This document shows positions 37,259-49,858 of a DNA stretch of 64,000 nt, one piece after another. The notes beneath the pieces were generated by a model that saw only the letters and a list, made by a program, of their open reading frames with translations, had not been told where the DNA came from and searched no databases. The position numbers were made by a program, and so were the translations under genes. The stretch comes from Lytechinus pictus (Eukaryota). Every line of letters begins with the position of its first letter. The stretch's first letter is position 1. The stretch is from positions 4,094,001 through 4,158,000 of the forward strand of contig NC_087252.1 of assembly GCF_037042905.1 (NCBI RefSeq), written 5' to 3'.

Positions 37259-37749
37259 TTATCTCCCTGAATGATAATTCCTTCGGTAGGAATGTCCATC
37301 ATCATAACCTCTCCTGGAATCGTTCCTTCCGCTTGACCGATCTCGATTCCTTCCCTGTCTGTCCTGGTCATAACTTCCACCTCTGCGTCCATCCAGATCG
37401 GACACCCTACAATCCTCGGAGTACCGTCCCCTATCTCTGGATCTTTGGTCCAACGAACTGTCCCTTCCACGATAATCAGAGCCCTCATCGCGTCCATAAC
37501 TCCGCTGCCGATTGAAATCGCGACTTCCATCGTTATCAAAACGTGGACTGTAATCCCTATCGGACCTTCCTTGGTTGTTGTCTGCATATCGGTCTGGGTT
37601 ACGGGGTGGAGGGCCACGGTTATCAGAAGCTCTTCTGTCAGGCGTATCGTAGTTATTTTGAGGTGAGGATGGTTGGTGTGAAGGGCTTTGATCTTTTCTG
37701 TTTGATAATGGTAAGCCTTGCATCGCAGCTCCTTGAGAAAATGGTGTTC
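37259..37749 (-). CDS. RBM7: RBM7 exon 3 (R/D/S/G-rich tail)
   Basis: TATTTCAG acceptor; phase 1 leads to GTPFSQGAAMQGLP...RRNYHSGR*. Confidence 0.85.
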
Positions 37750-40700
37750 CTGAAATACAAGCAATACCAACAGGCTACATTAGACATTTCTTTGTAATGA
37801 TTGAACAATATTATCAATCAAACATAATGAAAACATCAAAAGTTCAAAGATAAAACTAACAACATACCTGTATATAATTAGAATTTTGGGGCAATATTTT
37901 GAATTAAATTTTTGTTCACATTTTGTTTATATTGAGTCTTTCTAATCTGATCCCAAATTCATCAAATAAATAATCTTATTCTCTATACTAAATTGAGGTA
38001 AAGACTGGTGGATGTGATACACCTGTTTAGTGCAAAATTGCAAGAACTGAATTGTGTATTAACAAGAACAGTGATGGGTGTTAGTTTTAGTGTAAGGTGT
38101 TGAGAGCAAACAACACCAGCACTGGACACCTAACTTAAAATCTCAATAATTATGTTCATAAGCATTCCCACAAAATCCTACCAAAAAATGCATACTGTAT
38201 GACCAAAACACTGGGAATTGGCCAACACCACACTGTTCTCAGCCGGATTCATAACACTGAACACTTTCATTAAAACTAATCGACCTAAATCTTTAAACCG
38301 TTTTCTTCACTCAAATTTAATCAAAACTCTGGTCTAAACTGTGGTTTAACTATGGATAGCCAATTGTGAAATACAGGTTTGATATATCAGCTTATCTGTT
38401 CCTGAGACCATCTATAACTGTCTCGAAATAATAAATGAATTATTTTTTTTGGTCATAATAGCATAATGAAAGAGCACAATGAACATAAGAAAAATACAAT
38501 GTTGGCAAAATTTTGACATTTTGGCTTCCCGTAATTTTAGCAAAGAGTTAGACCACGGCCTATAAAGGTAAACCAGACTTCAGAACACTAGCCTATGACC
38601 AGTATTCTGAAGTCTGGTTTAACTTAGACCGTGGTCTAACTCTGTGCTAAAATTATGGGAAGCCGAAATGTCAAAATTTTGCTTAACGGTACATTGTATG
38701 TTCACTGTTGTCAAGATTCTAGTTCTCGAATGGTGAAGACAACTATCTTTATTTCCCCTTGCCAGACAGTTAAGAATGATTTGAGAGCCAAATGAGCCAA
38801 TACATTGAACCGTTGACATAAAGAGATTTTATTCTACAATTGGCTATCCATAGTCAAATCACAACTTTAAACCAGAGATTGAATTAAACCATAGTTCAGG
38901 ATGGTTACACTTCGTAATTCCGAAGGTTCGTAATTCCGAAACACGCAAATTGCCTATACCTCGATGTTCGTTAATCCGAAAACGTAAAAGGGTTCGTTAA
39001 TCCGAACATTTGTGGCGTTATTCCGAAGGTTCATTATTCCGAAGGTTCGATAATCCGAAAACGAATTAAGGTTTGATGTTCCGAAGGTTCGTTAATCCGA
39101 AAACGAAATAAGGTTCATTGTTCCGAAGGTTCGTTTATCCGAAAATGAAATAAGTATCATTGTTCCGAAGGTTCGTTAGTCCGAAAACGAAATAAGGTTA
39201 GTTAATCATTTAGTTTTCGGACAAACAAACATTCGGAATTGCGAACCTCATTTCTTTTTCGGATTAACGAACCTTCGGAATTACGAACCTCACTTTGTTT
39301 TCGGACTAACGAACCTTCGGAATTACGAACCTCATTTCGTTTTCGGACTAACGAACCTTCGGAATAACGAACCTTCGGAATATCCGAACCTTCGGAATAA
39401 CGAAGCTTCGGAATTACGAATGTATGCGGTTCAGGATATGGGCCTTTGAGTGTGACTGCATTATTACCTGGTGGGAGACCTATTCCTTGCATAGACTGCA
39501 TGTTGCCTGGAAGTCCCATGGGTGATCCTGTAGAAAGATGCGTTACCATCAGCGGGACAGTCCCACCTTGAAAGCCCTGCCCCATCCGAGCCATCCCACC
39601 TGGCGCTGAAGCAGACCGGTGAACGGGGGGTGGCAGCCTACCACCTGCCCCGCCCTGCATCGGAGGAGTCCCAAGCAGCCCCTTCCCACCTCCACCACCG
39701 CCATGGTATCCTGGACTCTGCATTGGAGGCGTGGCTGGGATCATGTGCTGGGGTGTGGATTGGTGCTTGCTGCCGCTGCGGAACTGAAGTCGAAGAGCAC
39801 GGTTAAAGAGTGAAAGTCCCCCCATGAGTTGCATTGAGTAGGGTACTGAGACATCGTGCTTGAATTTCACAAAGGCAAAACTCTTCTGGTTTCCTTCCTT
39901 GTCCTTGGCAATGTTGACATCCTGGAGAGGGCCAGCCTAGAAAAAAAAATGCATGGGTCGTTATCTTTTATATCACCCAATCATAATGAAATGCTCTCTT
40001 CTTGGAAAAAGACTGATTTGAGTTACTAGAGCGGAATTGCATTTAAAGGGGTACTCTGGGATGGTAGTATTTATACATAAATAATATAATAGAGTAAAAT
40101 TCTCCCTACAAATATATTAAGCTATTATTTCCAATCTACAGCATTACCAATTCGAATGAAAGAAGTGGTGATAAAGTGAACAAAAAGTGTGTCGCCTCTT
40201 GGGCTAGTCCAAGGAAAGGTCACCCTAGAAGACAAAATGTGAATGCTATTTTAAGCAGTTATCTTTGGTGGGGTAAGAAAGTCGAAATATTGAATTCTAA
40301 AACTTGATGAAAATGGAAAAATATTAAAAAATTAAAAACAGTAGAAATACATTAAAAATTCAGATTAAAACCATGAAAAAAACAAAAAAAATATTGAAAT
40401 GGCTAATTTCCTTTTCAGCCATATTTTATGTCTTAATAGAACATTTTAAAAGAAAACAAAACCTCTTTTGTTATTTTTAAATTTGAAAATATATGAATTT
40501 CTAAAATTATGGGGAAAATTGTGTACGTTCTCTATGGGGACATAATGTCCCATACGTAACATGCCATTGTTTAATTAGAGTCTGTAATTTGAGGATTTTG
40601 CCTTTTGACATGAAACTTGCCTTAGATATACATACAAGAGTATTTTGACTTTTACCACACTTAGTAAAAAAGTTGTCAAATAAAATACTTTAAGAGAATT

Positions 40701-43700
40701 CTCAAATTGTTTCTAAAATGTCAAGGTCAGATGTCACCATTTTTACATGATTATTCTTCTCCTAGATATCAACCATCATTGTGGTATTAAAGGTATAAAT
40801 CAAAGTCATTTAACATTATATCCTACATAGAGTAAATCCTGTATAGTGATTGGTTAAGTAGCATCATGTGACCTAATATATTTCAACTATGATGTTGCGT
40901 GACGTCAGACCTTGATATATTTTTGGATATATCGAGGTCTGACGTCATTATTTCGCAAAACTGGATATCAAGCTAAACTCTCGGGCGCACCGGCCAGTGC
41001 GCTCTCTCTCCCAGGCAAGTCCAGCGATGCGTCGGCGCAGGCACTAATCTGCGTTCCGCTGAGCGCGGTGGCTCGGAGAAAAGTAGGTAATTCAACTCAA
41101 GTAACCGGACTTTGCAAGCTCAACACATAGATTTTGGTTGTAAATTATCAAAAGTAGGATATAAAACAAATATACCAGGCGTTTCATTCGAAAGCATAGT
41201 GGGAATTATTAATCCTCGGTTGGACTGGCAAAACTACTATATTTCCCTCGGGGCTTCGCCCCTCGGGAAAAATAGTAATTGCCAGACCAACCTCGGATAA
41301 ATAATTCCACTATACTTTCTCAAAGCCTGATATATTTGTTTACTATTTTTCAGGTCATTAAAGCCTCTGAAATGTTCCATATGTAATGCGCGTAAATTCT
41401 TGGACTTGCCCAATTATTATTCAATTCAATTTCCATTCAATAAAAACACAAGATACAATATCAGAGAAATACATGATTGGTAACAAAGCAATTAAATATA
41501 CATAAATACAAAATGAAATTTGGGAGACTGCAAAAGGCCGAAAGGTCTTGACGAGACAGACCCCGAGTGCCATCATGGCAATACATAGGCCTACATTGGC
41601 ATAGGTTAAAATGATGACATGAAAAAAAAAAAAAAAAAAAAAACAAACAGACACAACCCAAAAATTTCAAACAGATCCGTCATAAAGCTTGTGCCTTCCA
41701 GGACTCTTTCTTTGTATCAACCATACTCGACTGGAATAAACTCCTTGCAGATCTATAGACGTTAGTTAACCCATTATCTAGACCAAAAGCTTCGGTCTCT
41801 GTTATATTGGTTGTTCCGCTAAACTCCGTTGGCTCCACTCACAAAAGCTTCGGTCTCTGTTATATTGGTTGTTCCGCTGAACTCCGTTGGCTCCACTCAC
41901 AAAAGCTTCGGTCTCTGTTATATTGGTTGTTCCGCTGAACTCTGAAACACTGGCTCCACTCACCGATTGCAGAGACCGAAGTTCTAACTCGTTCTGTACA
42001 GGGATCAGGGACTCAATGGTCATATATGTTTATTAAGTTCGGATAAACCAGGGAAGTGGGAGTTGCACGACAGCCGAAGTAAGTCACCGTTTTTTTTCCT
42101 TTAAAGTTTATTTTTTCCCGTTTTGGTGCATTTCAGGCAAAAACGGACATGACGGAATAATAATCTTTATTTTGGACCAGTTCTTATATATTTTTATGAA
42201 ATAAAATTAAAGACAAAAATCAATGAGCTCCGTCGGGGGGATTTTGCATCGTTAACCCTCTAATTATGCTACATGTAATGCCTTGGCGGCTGCACGATCG
42301 CGAGCTGTCTCATCTGTGTATGAGGAGAAACAAAAAATAATAAAAATGTTTAAAAACTCCTCGAAACAGACGGCTGCCAGCGCCAGCTGTCTACCCTAGT
42401 AGTAGTACCCATTATCTTACTTTGGACTCCTTCCAAAATAATTAAATATCAACACTGCACTTCGTTGAGCCACTCCACACGCACTCAACTTACATGCCGC
42501 CGCGCACAGAAAAATCAAGCCATAGATTGATAGAAGTCGTGTGTTGTGGACACCAGAAGTGGGGTCGCAGCACGCGCGACCCAATAGTTAGAAATCCACT
42601 GCCAAACGCGGTTCATGGTGCGAGGTTAGAATACTAACCTCGCAATACTTGTGACTTTTTTTAGTTGTGTGAGTGCTCCACACGTAGCGACTCACCGTCT
42701 CACGACACGTGCTCTTAAGTTCAACTGTTCAACTTCAAGAATCAAGTTAGCTTGATGTGCCAATCGTAGTATTTGCTGACAGAACGATAGGGGAGACCGG
42801 GGTTAGTTGGAACATTTTTGACAAAAATAGCGGTAAAATCCAAATAGACTTTACTCGAGAAACAATCAGTATATCAGCTTGAAGCATATATCGCAGGGCT
42901 TCAAATGTACCCCATAAAAATTTTAACTCTATTATGGTTACTGAAAAAATCCACCTTTAACAAGACCATCGCAAACGTTCCAACTTACCCCCATATCGGG
43001 GTAAGTTGGAACATGGTATGGGGTAAGTTGGAACACTGCATGGTCAATTAAGAATTATACTAAAACTACTTAATTTGTAATATTACATGGTTTTAGCCTA
43101 TTTGCTTTATCTTATTCAAGTTCAAAATATTAAAGTGTGGGTTCATTGAACTTTATGTTTCCTTTTATACAGCCACTCACACAAGCAGACTGTGTAGTAG
43201 AATTCTGAATATTTGGGTGCATCTGAGTTTACATACAATTATTAAGTGTACTATCAGCAATTTCATGTACTTCTGCATCAAATTTATGAGACAAAAATTA
43301 ATTGTTTATATTGTTTTCATAATTAATTATGCATATAAGCATATAAAATTTTCCCTAAATTTGTTTTTTTTTATAAAGTTTTTACCTTTAACTCTATATA
43401 TCAAGCTAGTAGAATGCTAATTTTTGGTGAGAAAAATTAATCTATTTGAACCAGCAAAAGTAAAAAAATTAATCATACATTTATGACTTTTGGTTGAAAA
43501 ACACAATTTGCATTGACCTTGTACATGGAATCACGTTTTTGAACAATTTTGGGTCCGAACATGCACATACAATTTGTTGCGTAATTTTGAAATCGCGCAC
43601 ACAGGCATTGCAAATTTGGTCTCAAATGATGCGCAAGACTTGGAAGTAAAAAGTCAGTGAGCAGTGTAGTAAAAAATTTTGTGCGACAGCGTAGTGACGA

Positions 43701-44719
43701 AATTTCTCGAGGGGGGGGGGGGCTCAAATTGACACCCCCCCCCATTTTGATAAGGGTTAATATTGCATTAGGTGCCTACAATAGGCCTTAAATGCACACT
43801 CAGACCTAACTGATAATCAAAACAAGCATGGTATACAATACATGTTCAAAAGAGTGTGAAATACTTTATATATTTTTTTCATCAAATCCAATGTTTTTAT
43901 TCATAATTATGTTTGGGGTAAGTTGGAACATGTTCCAACTAGCCCCTTCAACTTTGTTCCAACTAACCCCGGAGGCCCATTTGACGTTTATAAGCTTACA
44001 GCACAAAAAAGGGACTTCACCATGGCATATCAATAACCTCATTTTGTAGCTTGGTACAACTACAAGTGTCTATTATAACCCCAAACTGGCCAACTTGATC
44101 TATAAACTTCTCCGAGATAATCGAACATTTCTGAACAAGAAAAAAATTACTCAGAAGGTAAAAAAACAAAAATTTGTTTCTAACTTCACCAGGCTTGTTG
44201 CATATGTGTTGTCTGTAATATGGTGGATGGCTGTTGATAATGACAATAAATTGAGGAATGAGGGCAGTATTGCAGAAATTTATTTAAAGACGTTAGAGAA
44301 AATTACAATGTTTCAACTTACCCCATGTTCCAACTAACCCTGGTCTCCCCTACAGATAATCCATTTCCAACCCATCCTAGGCCATGGCTCTGAGTCTGAC
44401 TCTCTGGATCTATTCGTAAACACATCTACCTGGGCGAGGTTAGACGACTAACCTCGCACTCGCATTATCGGGGATAATGCTCCTGTATGATTCCAATGAC
44501 TGCCACACGAACTTGTGATATCCCTATTGAAATTATGTGCAAAAGAATTATATATATATATGCAGGCGGTACCGGTAATGTACCGGTAGGTTTGGCACCC
44601 AAAAGGCAAAACTCGTTCAAGTTGTAACTCACCTGTAAAAACAGCTCAAACAGTATTTCTTCTGTTACCCTTGGATCAAGATTCCCAACCCATAATGTTC
44701 TATCAGCCTGTTCAGTCAT
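37259..44719 (-). CDS. RBM7: Gene 3: RNA-binding protein 7 (RBM7/RBM11 family, NEXT-complex subunit), 348 aa
   Basis: Exons 44719-44633, 39936-39468 and 37749-37259 (phases 0,1). RRM ADRTLWVGNLDPRVTEEILFELFLQ|AGPL...FAFVKFKHDVSVPYSMQLMGGLSLFNRALRLQFRSGS matches the RBM7/11 RRM signature. Confidence 0.9.
38310..39444. mobile_element. Two inverted Harbinger-like MITE copies (38310-38593 and 38597-39444) in RBM7 intron 2
   Basis: Both match the 13557-13866 element and are separated by only TAT. Confidence 0.8.
38903..39428. mobile_element. Nested repeat-rich DNA transposon with 9-bp TSD (Merlin- or Mutator-like)
   Basis: GTTCAGGAT duplicated at 38894 and 39429. The arms are tandem TTCCGAAGGTTCG-type units in opposite orientations. 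Confidence 0.8.
39468..39936 (-). CDS. RBM7: RBM7 exon 2 (rest of RRM plus P/G/M/Q-rich region)
   Basis: TTTTTTCTAG acceptor; AGPLQDVNIAKDKEGNQKSFAFV...GLPP; donor CAG|GTAATA. Confidence 0.9.
41784..41961. repeat. 58-bp tandem repeat, three copies
   Basis: Units start at 41784, 41842 and 41900 (CAAAAGCTTCGGTCTCTGTTATATTGG...). Confidence 0.9.
42790..44350. mobile_element. TA-flanked non-autonomous DNA transposon in RBM7 intron 1
   Basis: TA-GGGGAGACCGGGGTTAGTTGGAACA ... TGTTCCAACTAACCCTGGTCTCCCC-TA, with repeated internal GGGGTAAGTTGGAACA motifs. Confidence 0.85.
44633..44719 (-). CDS. RBM7: RBM7 exon 1
   Basis: MTEQADRTLWVGNLDPRVTEEILFELFLQ; donor CAG|GTGAGT. Confidence 0.92.
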
Positions 44720-46224
44720 TTTGAAATCGGCAAGGCCAAAAAAGAAAAAGACCAGCAGCAAAATTAAAAACCTATTATTAATACACTCTGCGAACGCGAG
44801 TCTGGAGTAGAAATATTATGAGACGCCAAGTGTTCATTTCACTTTTCTGTACTTACTTACTGTAGGCTTGAGTTGAGTGCCTGTTCATCAATCGTACTAT
44901 CTCCTCTGGTGGTAGTACAGGCATGGTATTAAAAAATATATATACTTAAAACGAGAAAGGACTGTCAGAATTAGTGTGTACATGTATGCTAAAAACCGTG
45001 GAAAAACAAAGACAATATCGCCTTATAGAGCAAGTCATAATTCTTTGACCAGTGTCTATCCAGGCGATTTTTTTTCTGCTCAAATTTCCATGCATTTTTT
45101 TTGTACACCCATACAACCGAAAAAAAAAACACAATTAAATGCCGGGATTAAATGCAACAGCCGATTCTGTAACAAAATCTGTCAAACCAAAGATATTGTG
45201 TAAGGAATTTGTTTATTTTTATTTTTACGTATTTGTTATAATAATCCATATTGCACTCGCGTAGGCTGAAGCAGAATTTAGCCTTGGGGCCATATGGAGT
45301 CGAACGATCGGACCCCCAAAATTTCCAAAACGAAGAAAAAAACAAAGCAAATTACAGGAAAAAGTGTGAAATATGAAAGTATCTCTGAATACTAGGCCTA
45401 TTTCAAAATATATAACAAAATAGAAAGTGCCCGATCCTCCAATTAATAGTTTTAAAGCAGAACACAGTGTGTGTTAAAACACAAATCTAATACTGACGAC
45501 CATTTCTATTTTCATAAAAAAATCAAACTAAAGAAAGTTGGGAGATGAAGCCTATGTCCCAACCGGCTGACAGAAATATTTGGGGGAAAAATTGGGGGAG
45601 AGATAGAGGGGAAAACTAAAACATAAATTGGGGAAAAGCCGGGGGAAAAGGGAAATTGTGACCCACACCCCAAACCAACAATAGGCCTCAGTAACCGGGG
45701 AAGGTTTTGTACAGCAAATATAATCATTCAGTCTTTAAAGGGGAAAATTATATCTGAAAGAATAAGTCGTTTCTTCAATATACTTTCTGTTAAAATTTTG
45801 AAGTTGTAAAGTTGAATGAAAGACAATTGGATACCAAGATTAACTGTTTGACACCATGTTTTGCGGACTGCATGGAAGTTTCTCTGAGATTACATCACAT
45901 CACAGCATGCTTCAGTAAACCCCGCAGAACAAACTTTGTTTTCTCCTTCATTTTGTTCAAGCTCTCACTCGATCATGTGTTTCTGTTTTAAATAAAGTAA
46001 GCCTATATACGTGGGTGTTAATAAACTTTGAAGCTAATTAGGAGTTCTTTTTGAAGATCTTAAAATACATTGTTAGGTTCAACTTTTTTTTTCTTCATAA
46101 TTTTTCATATCCCACTTTGAGTGCTCATTATATTGTGACAGGAGACTGGGAACGATCTTTGAAGATCGAGTGAGTGCTGGTTTTTAAAGAAAAAATTAGA
46201 AAAACAGTGGTTTTCACTCCTTAA

Positions 46225-48245
46225 AGGACAAGTCCACCCCACAAAAAAATGATTTGAATAAAAAGAGAAAAATCCAACAAGCATATAACACTGAAAATTT
46301 AATCAAAATTGGATTTAAAATAAGAAAGTTATGACATTTTAAAGTTTCGCTTAATCTCATCAAACCGTTATGTGCACATCCTGGTCGATATGCAAATTAA
46401 GGGGACTGATGACGTCATCCACTCACTATTTATTTTGTTATTTATTATATGAAATATTCTAATTTTCTCCTCATTGTCAAGGAAAATAACAATTAATTAC
46501 TCCCTGAACATATGGAGTTAGCATTGTATGGTACAGTCAGGTTGGTCCCTATGGTCAAATCTGTAACAAAAAGAAATATTGTATAATTCAAACAATAAAA
46601 ATCTAAATAAATAGTGAGTGATTTTCATCATCAATCGACTGATCCATGCATGTCACTGAGTTGTGCACATCACTGTTTAGTGAAAAATAAGCGAAACTTC
46701 AAAATGCCTTAACGTCATGTAACACGCGGAAACTGATGTAGAAAGATGACACACGACACCATTCCTTGTGTTTCGGTTCGTTTAATATCGATGGATCGTT
46801 ACATACAAAATTCCAAATACAAGAACAAAAGATAGAAAAAACCTGCAAAAACCAATAAGAACAAAACAATTAAATAGAATTATGATATGTTTGAAAAAAT
46901 GCACAAAATAGAAATATACACATATTTGCTTGTAACTCTAAGGTAAACATTCATCAATATGACGTCAAGTAGACTCTTAATAATAAATGATAAAAATGTT
47001 GTCTATATCCATTCATTAAAACCTATTCAATATTGCCTGAATTCAACTCATCTAATCACAAATTCAGTTCCTCCATCGTTATGGATAACTCTTTCAACAA
47101 ATAAATGAAATACATCCATTAAGTGAAGTTTACCAAACAACAATTAAAATATGCCAACAAAATAACATTGAAATACAGTGGTTAATAAACGATAACCACT
47201 CACCCTGGCAATCTGGCCTAGAGGACCATATTTCCTCTGGTGAGAGCCTCACCCGCTACACGAATGTCATGTTAAATACCTTTAAAAGGAAAATAACAAT
47301 TATTACACTTAGTAAGCAATCATCGTGACCCTTAACTCCGAAGACACAAAACTGAAACATTGAATTAACAATTCAATAACCAAAATCAATTTAACCAAAA
47401 TCTTTCACTCTAAAGATCATTTTACTAAATTGTTTCACTATAAGATTAGAACCGAACACATTCTGTTTTATAACTACATACTACAATCAAGTATATACGT
47501 ACAAGTAATTATACAAAATATAACAAAATGACATAAAAATAATCTGAAGTAACAAAGACAGATGCATAACTAATGAATTATTCAATTTACAAACCCCTTT
47601 AAAATAAGACAGATAACATGCTATGCTAGCAAAGATAGCTCTTTAATATAACCTAGCGTATTATTTAAAACAATAGAAAGTACATTGCGAATTAACTTTA
47701 TAAACTATTATTCAAAACTAACAGAATTGACAAAAAAGATAACTATCTTACCTTTAATTCTGACCCGAAATGAAGAAGCCTCTCTGCCTGCCCCATGAAT
47801 GGGGTGCAGTGTAGGAGTGAATTGGAGCAAAATCCTCTCTCCTTTTTATGCAGTTATCACTCTCCATTCACAGATGCTAAGCCTTGACCATAATTATCTA
47901 CGTCATACAAGTTCATAGCTCTGGAATGTGATGTTTTGACCCAAAGACCATTCAGCATCACTCTTACCCAGAAAGAGTGTGAATCATACTTCTTCAAAAG
48001 CATGAAGATTGTTAAATATTTCTACTTTCTACTACTTCCTGTGCACTTCCTGTGAAGGCATCTAAAACTTACAGACAAAATAATTAAGAGTAATGAAAAT
48101 ATATGAATTTCCATTAAACATTTCATTTTGACCTGTTACAGTCTTTAATTTTATACATCCGATTTTGATGAAATTATCAGCGTTATGTTTGTTTGATTTT
48201 TCTCTATTTATTCATATCAACATTTTTCGGGGGTGGACTTGATCT
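46225..48245. mobile_element. Kolobok-like MITE (TTAA target) hosting the solo LTR
   Basis: TTAA-AGGACAAGTCCACCCC ... GGGGTGGACTTGATCT inverted ends; internal sequence resembles 35654-36258. Confidence 0.7.
46718..48140 (-). mobile_element. Probable solo LTR (about 1.42 kb) nested in a Kolobok-like MITE
   Basis: Termini TGTAACA...TGTTACA with flanks GTCA/GTCT (near 4-bp TSD). The host sequence resumes on both sides. ATTAAA lies near the minus-strand 3' end. Confidence 0.65.
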
Positions 48246-49858
48246 TGAGTTTATTTCGGGCACTAATGATTTAAGAAGCTACTATAGAAAAGAAAAAAAA
48301 AATCAGTGTCTTCAATCCCAAATCAGGCGCGTATCCAGGATTTTGTATATACCCCTGGGGGCACGACGTGCCTAATTCTGGCGCCAATGTGAACTTTTTT
48401 TGAAAATGCACCCCCCCCCCCGCCAGGGACTGGTGCCTTAAATGCATGTTGAATCATGTTATTTCATAATCACGTGGAAAAAAGTGCCATCGAAGATCAC
48501 TATTTTGTGAGTTCATAAAAAAAATGTCCATGAGTATATTGTAGGGCTTACTACCACTTGTTTAAACAAAATAATAAATCCGACCAGAAAGCATAGAATT
48601 TTAAGCACTTTGAGGTTTCAATTTTATTAGTTTAATTTCTCGTCAGAGTAGGCCTTACTAAAACTATATGAGCCGAAGCTGTAATTTCTTTACGAGGTAT
48701 ACGTATCTAATTTTCGTCAAACAAGAAAAAATATTTCAGCTTTTGTTCCCAATTAGGTTCTTTTGTTACAAAAATGCATTTTTTTCCTTTTTGTTGTAAG
48801 ATTAAAAATATACATCATATTTTGGAACTGAATGAAATTTATGAGATTTGAAAAAGTGAAGGAACTTGTGTGAGAGATTTTAGCTCATAATTGCTCATTT
48901 GTTGACTTGGTGATATTTGAGTTTTACTTTTAACCATGCAATATTTTTACAAAACTTAAATTAAAGCATAGAGGTGGATTACTCTATCATAGATGGTTTC
49001 ATAAGAATCGTGAAGGTGGCATTTGGCGTTCCATAGTAAATTAACCGAAAATAGGAGCACATTTTTTTGCACTCGATTACCTAATTAACAATAGCAATAT
49101 TGATTATTTGCAAACAGTCATATCAATGTATTTTATAGCTAATCAAAAGAGCTTGAAATAAATATATTAATTAAAAAATATATTTTTTTATGATAAAATT
49201 AAAATTTCAACGTAAAATAGAAACTATATTACTGAAATGTATACCGGTAGTATCAAATTGGCACTGCAGAAATATCATACTAAATTTTGCGATGAATTTT
49301 CTGTTTATATTCAGTGGATGTAGCGTCCGTAGCAGCGAAATATGATGAGCGGCGTAGGCAGGTTCGGGTAAAAATGTTTTCAAGATACTAATATTATGTA
49401 TTTCCTTATAGCTTATAATGTGTGTGGTGTACCTGTATATATTTAGATAATGTGTTGCTAGTAGTACGGTCATGACGGTATCGTTACACTTTTTTGTGCC
49501 TCACGAAATAAGGTCAAGCAAATGAAATGCCTGGTCCCTGCCCCGCTGGAGATCGAGATGGAGCGATGCAGCGGCCAGCGAGAGCGGGTTGGAATCGCCC
49601 TAGGCGTAGGCGCAGCGTAGCCTGGCCCTGGGGCTGGGGCCTGTCTTGAGACTCGCCCCACAGCTGCTCAGCCTCAAGCCTCTCATTCAATGAACAAGGT
49701 TATGATATAACCTTGTTCTCAGTTACATCTCTATGTGTGGCAAAATAAGGTTGACAATGTTTGGATTATTTTTTATTTTGGACAAATGCTTGATTTTTTT
49801 ACACTGCCACTGGTTAAGTCAGTGTCAGTTTCCACTACCACGGCACTATACCAGTGAG

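Noticed and set aside
37135..37770. 211-aa minus-strand ORF overlapping RBM7 exon 3
   Set aside because: Splice phase selects the other frame (GTPFSQGAAMQG...), which has the expected composition.
38903..39428. CRISPR-like array of short repeats
   Set aside because: No unique spacers, eukaryotic context, inverted halves and a 9-bp TSD indicate a DNA transposon.
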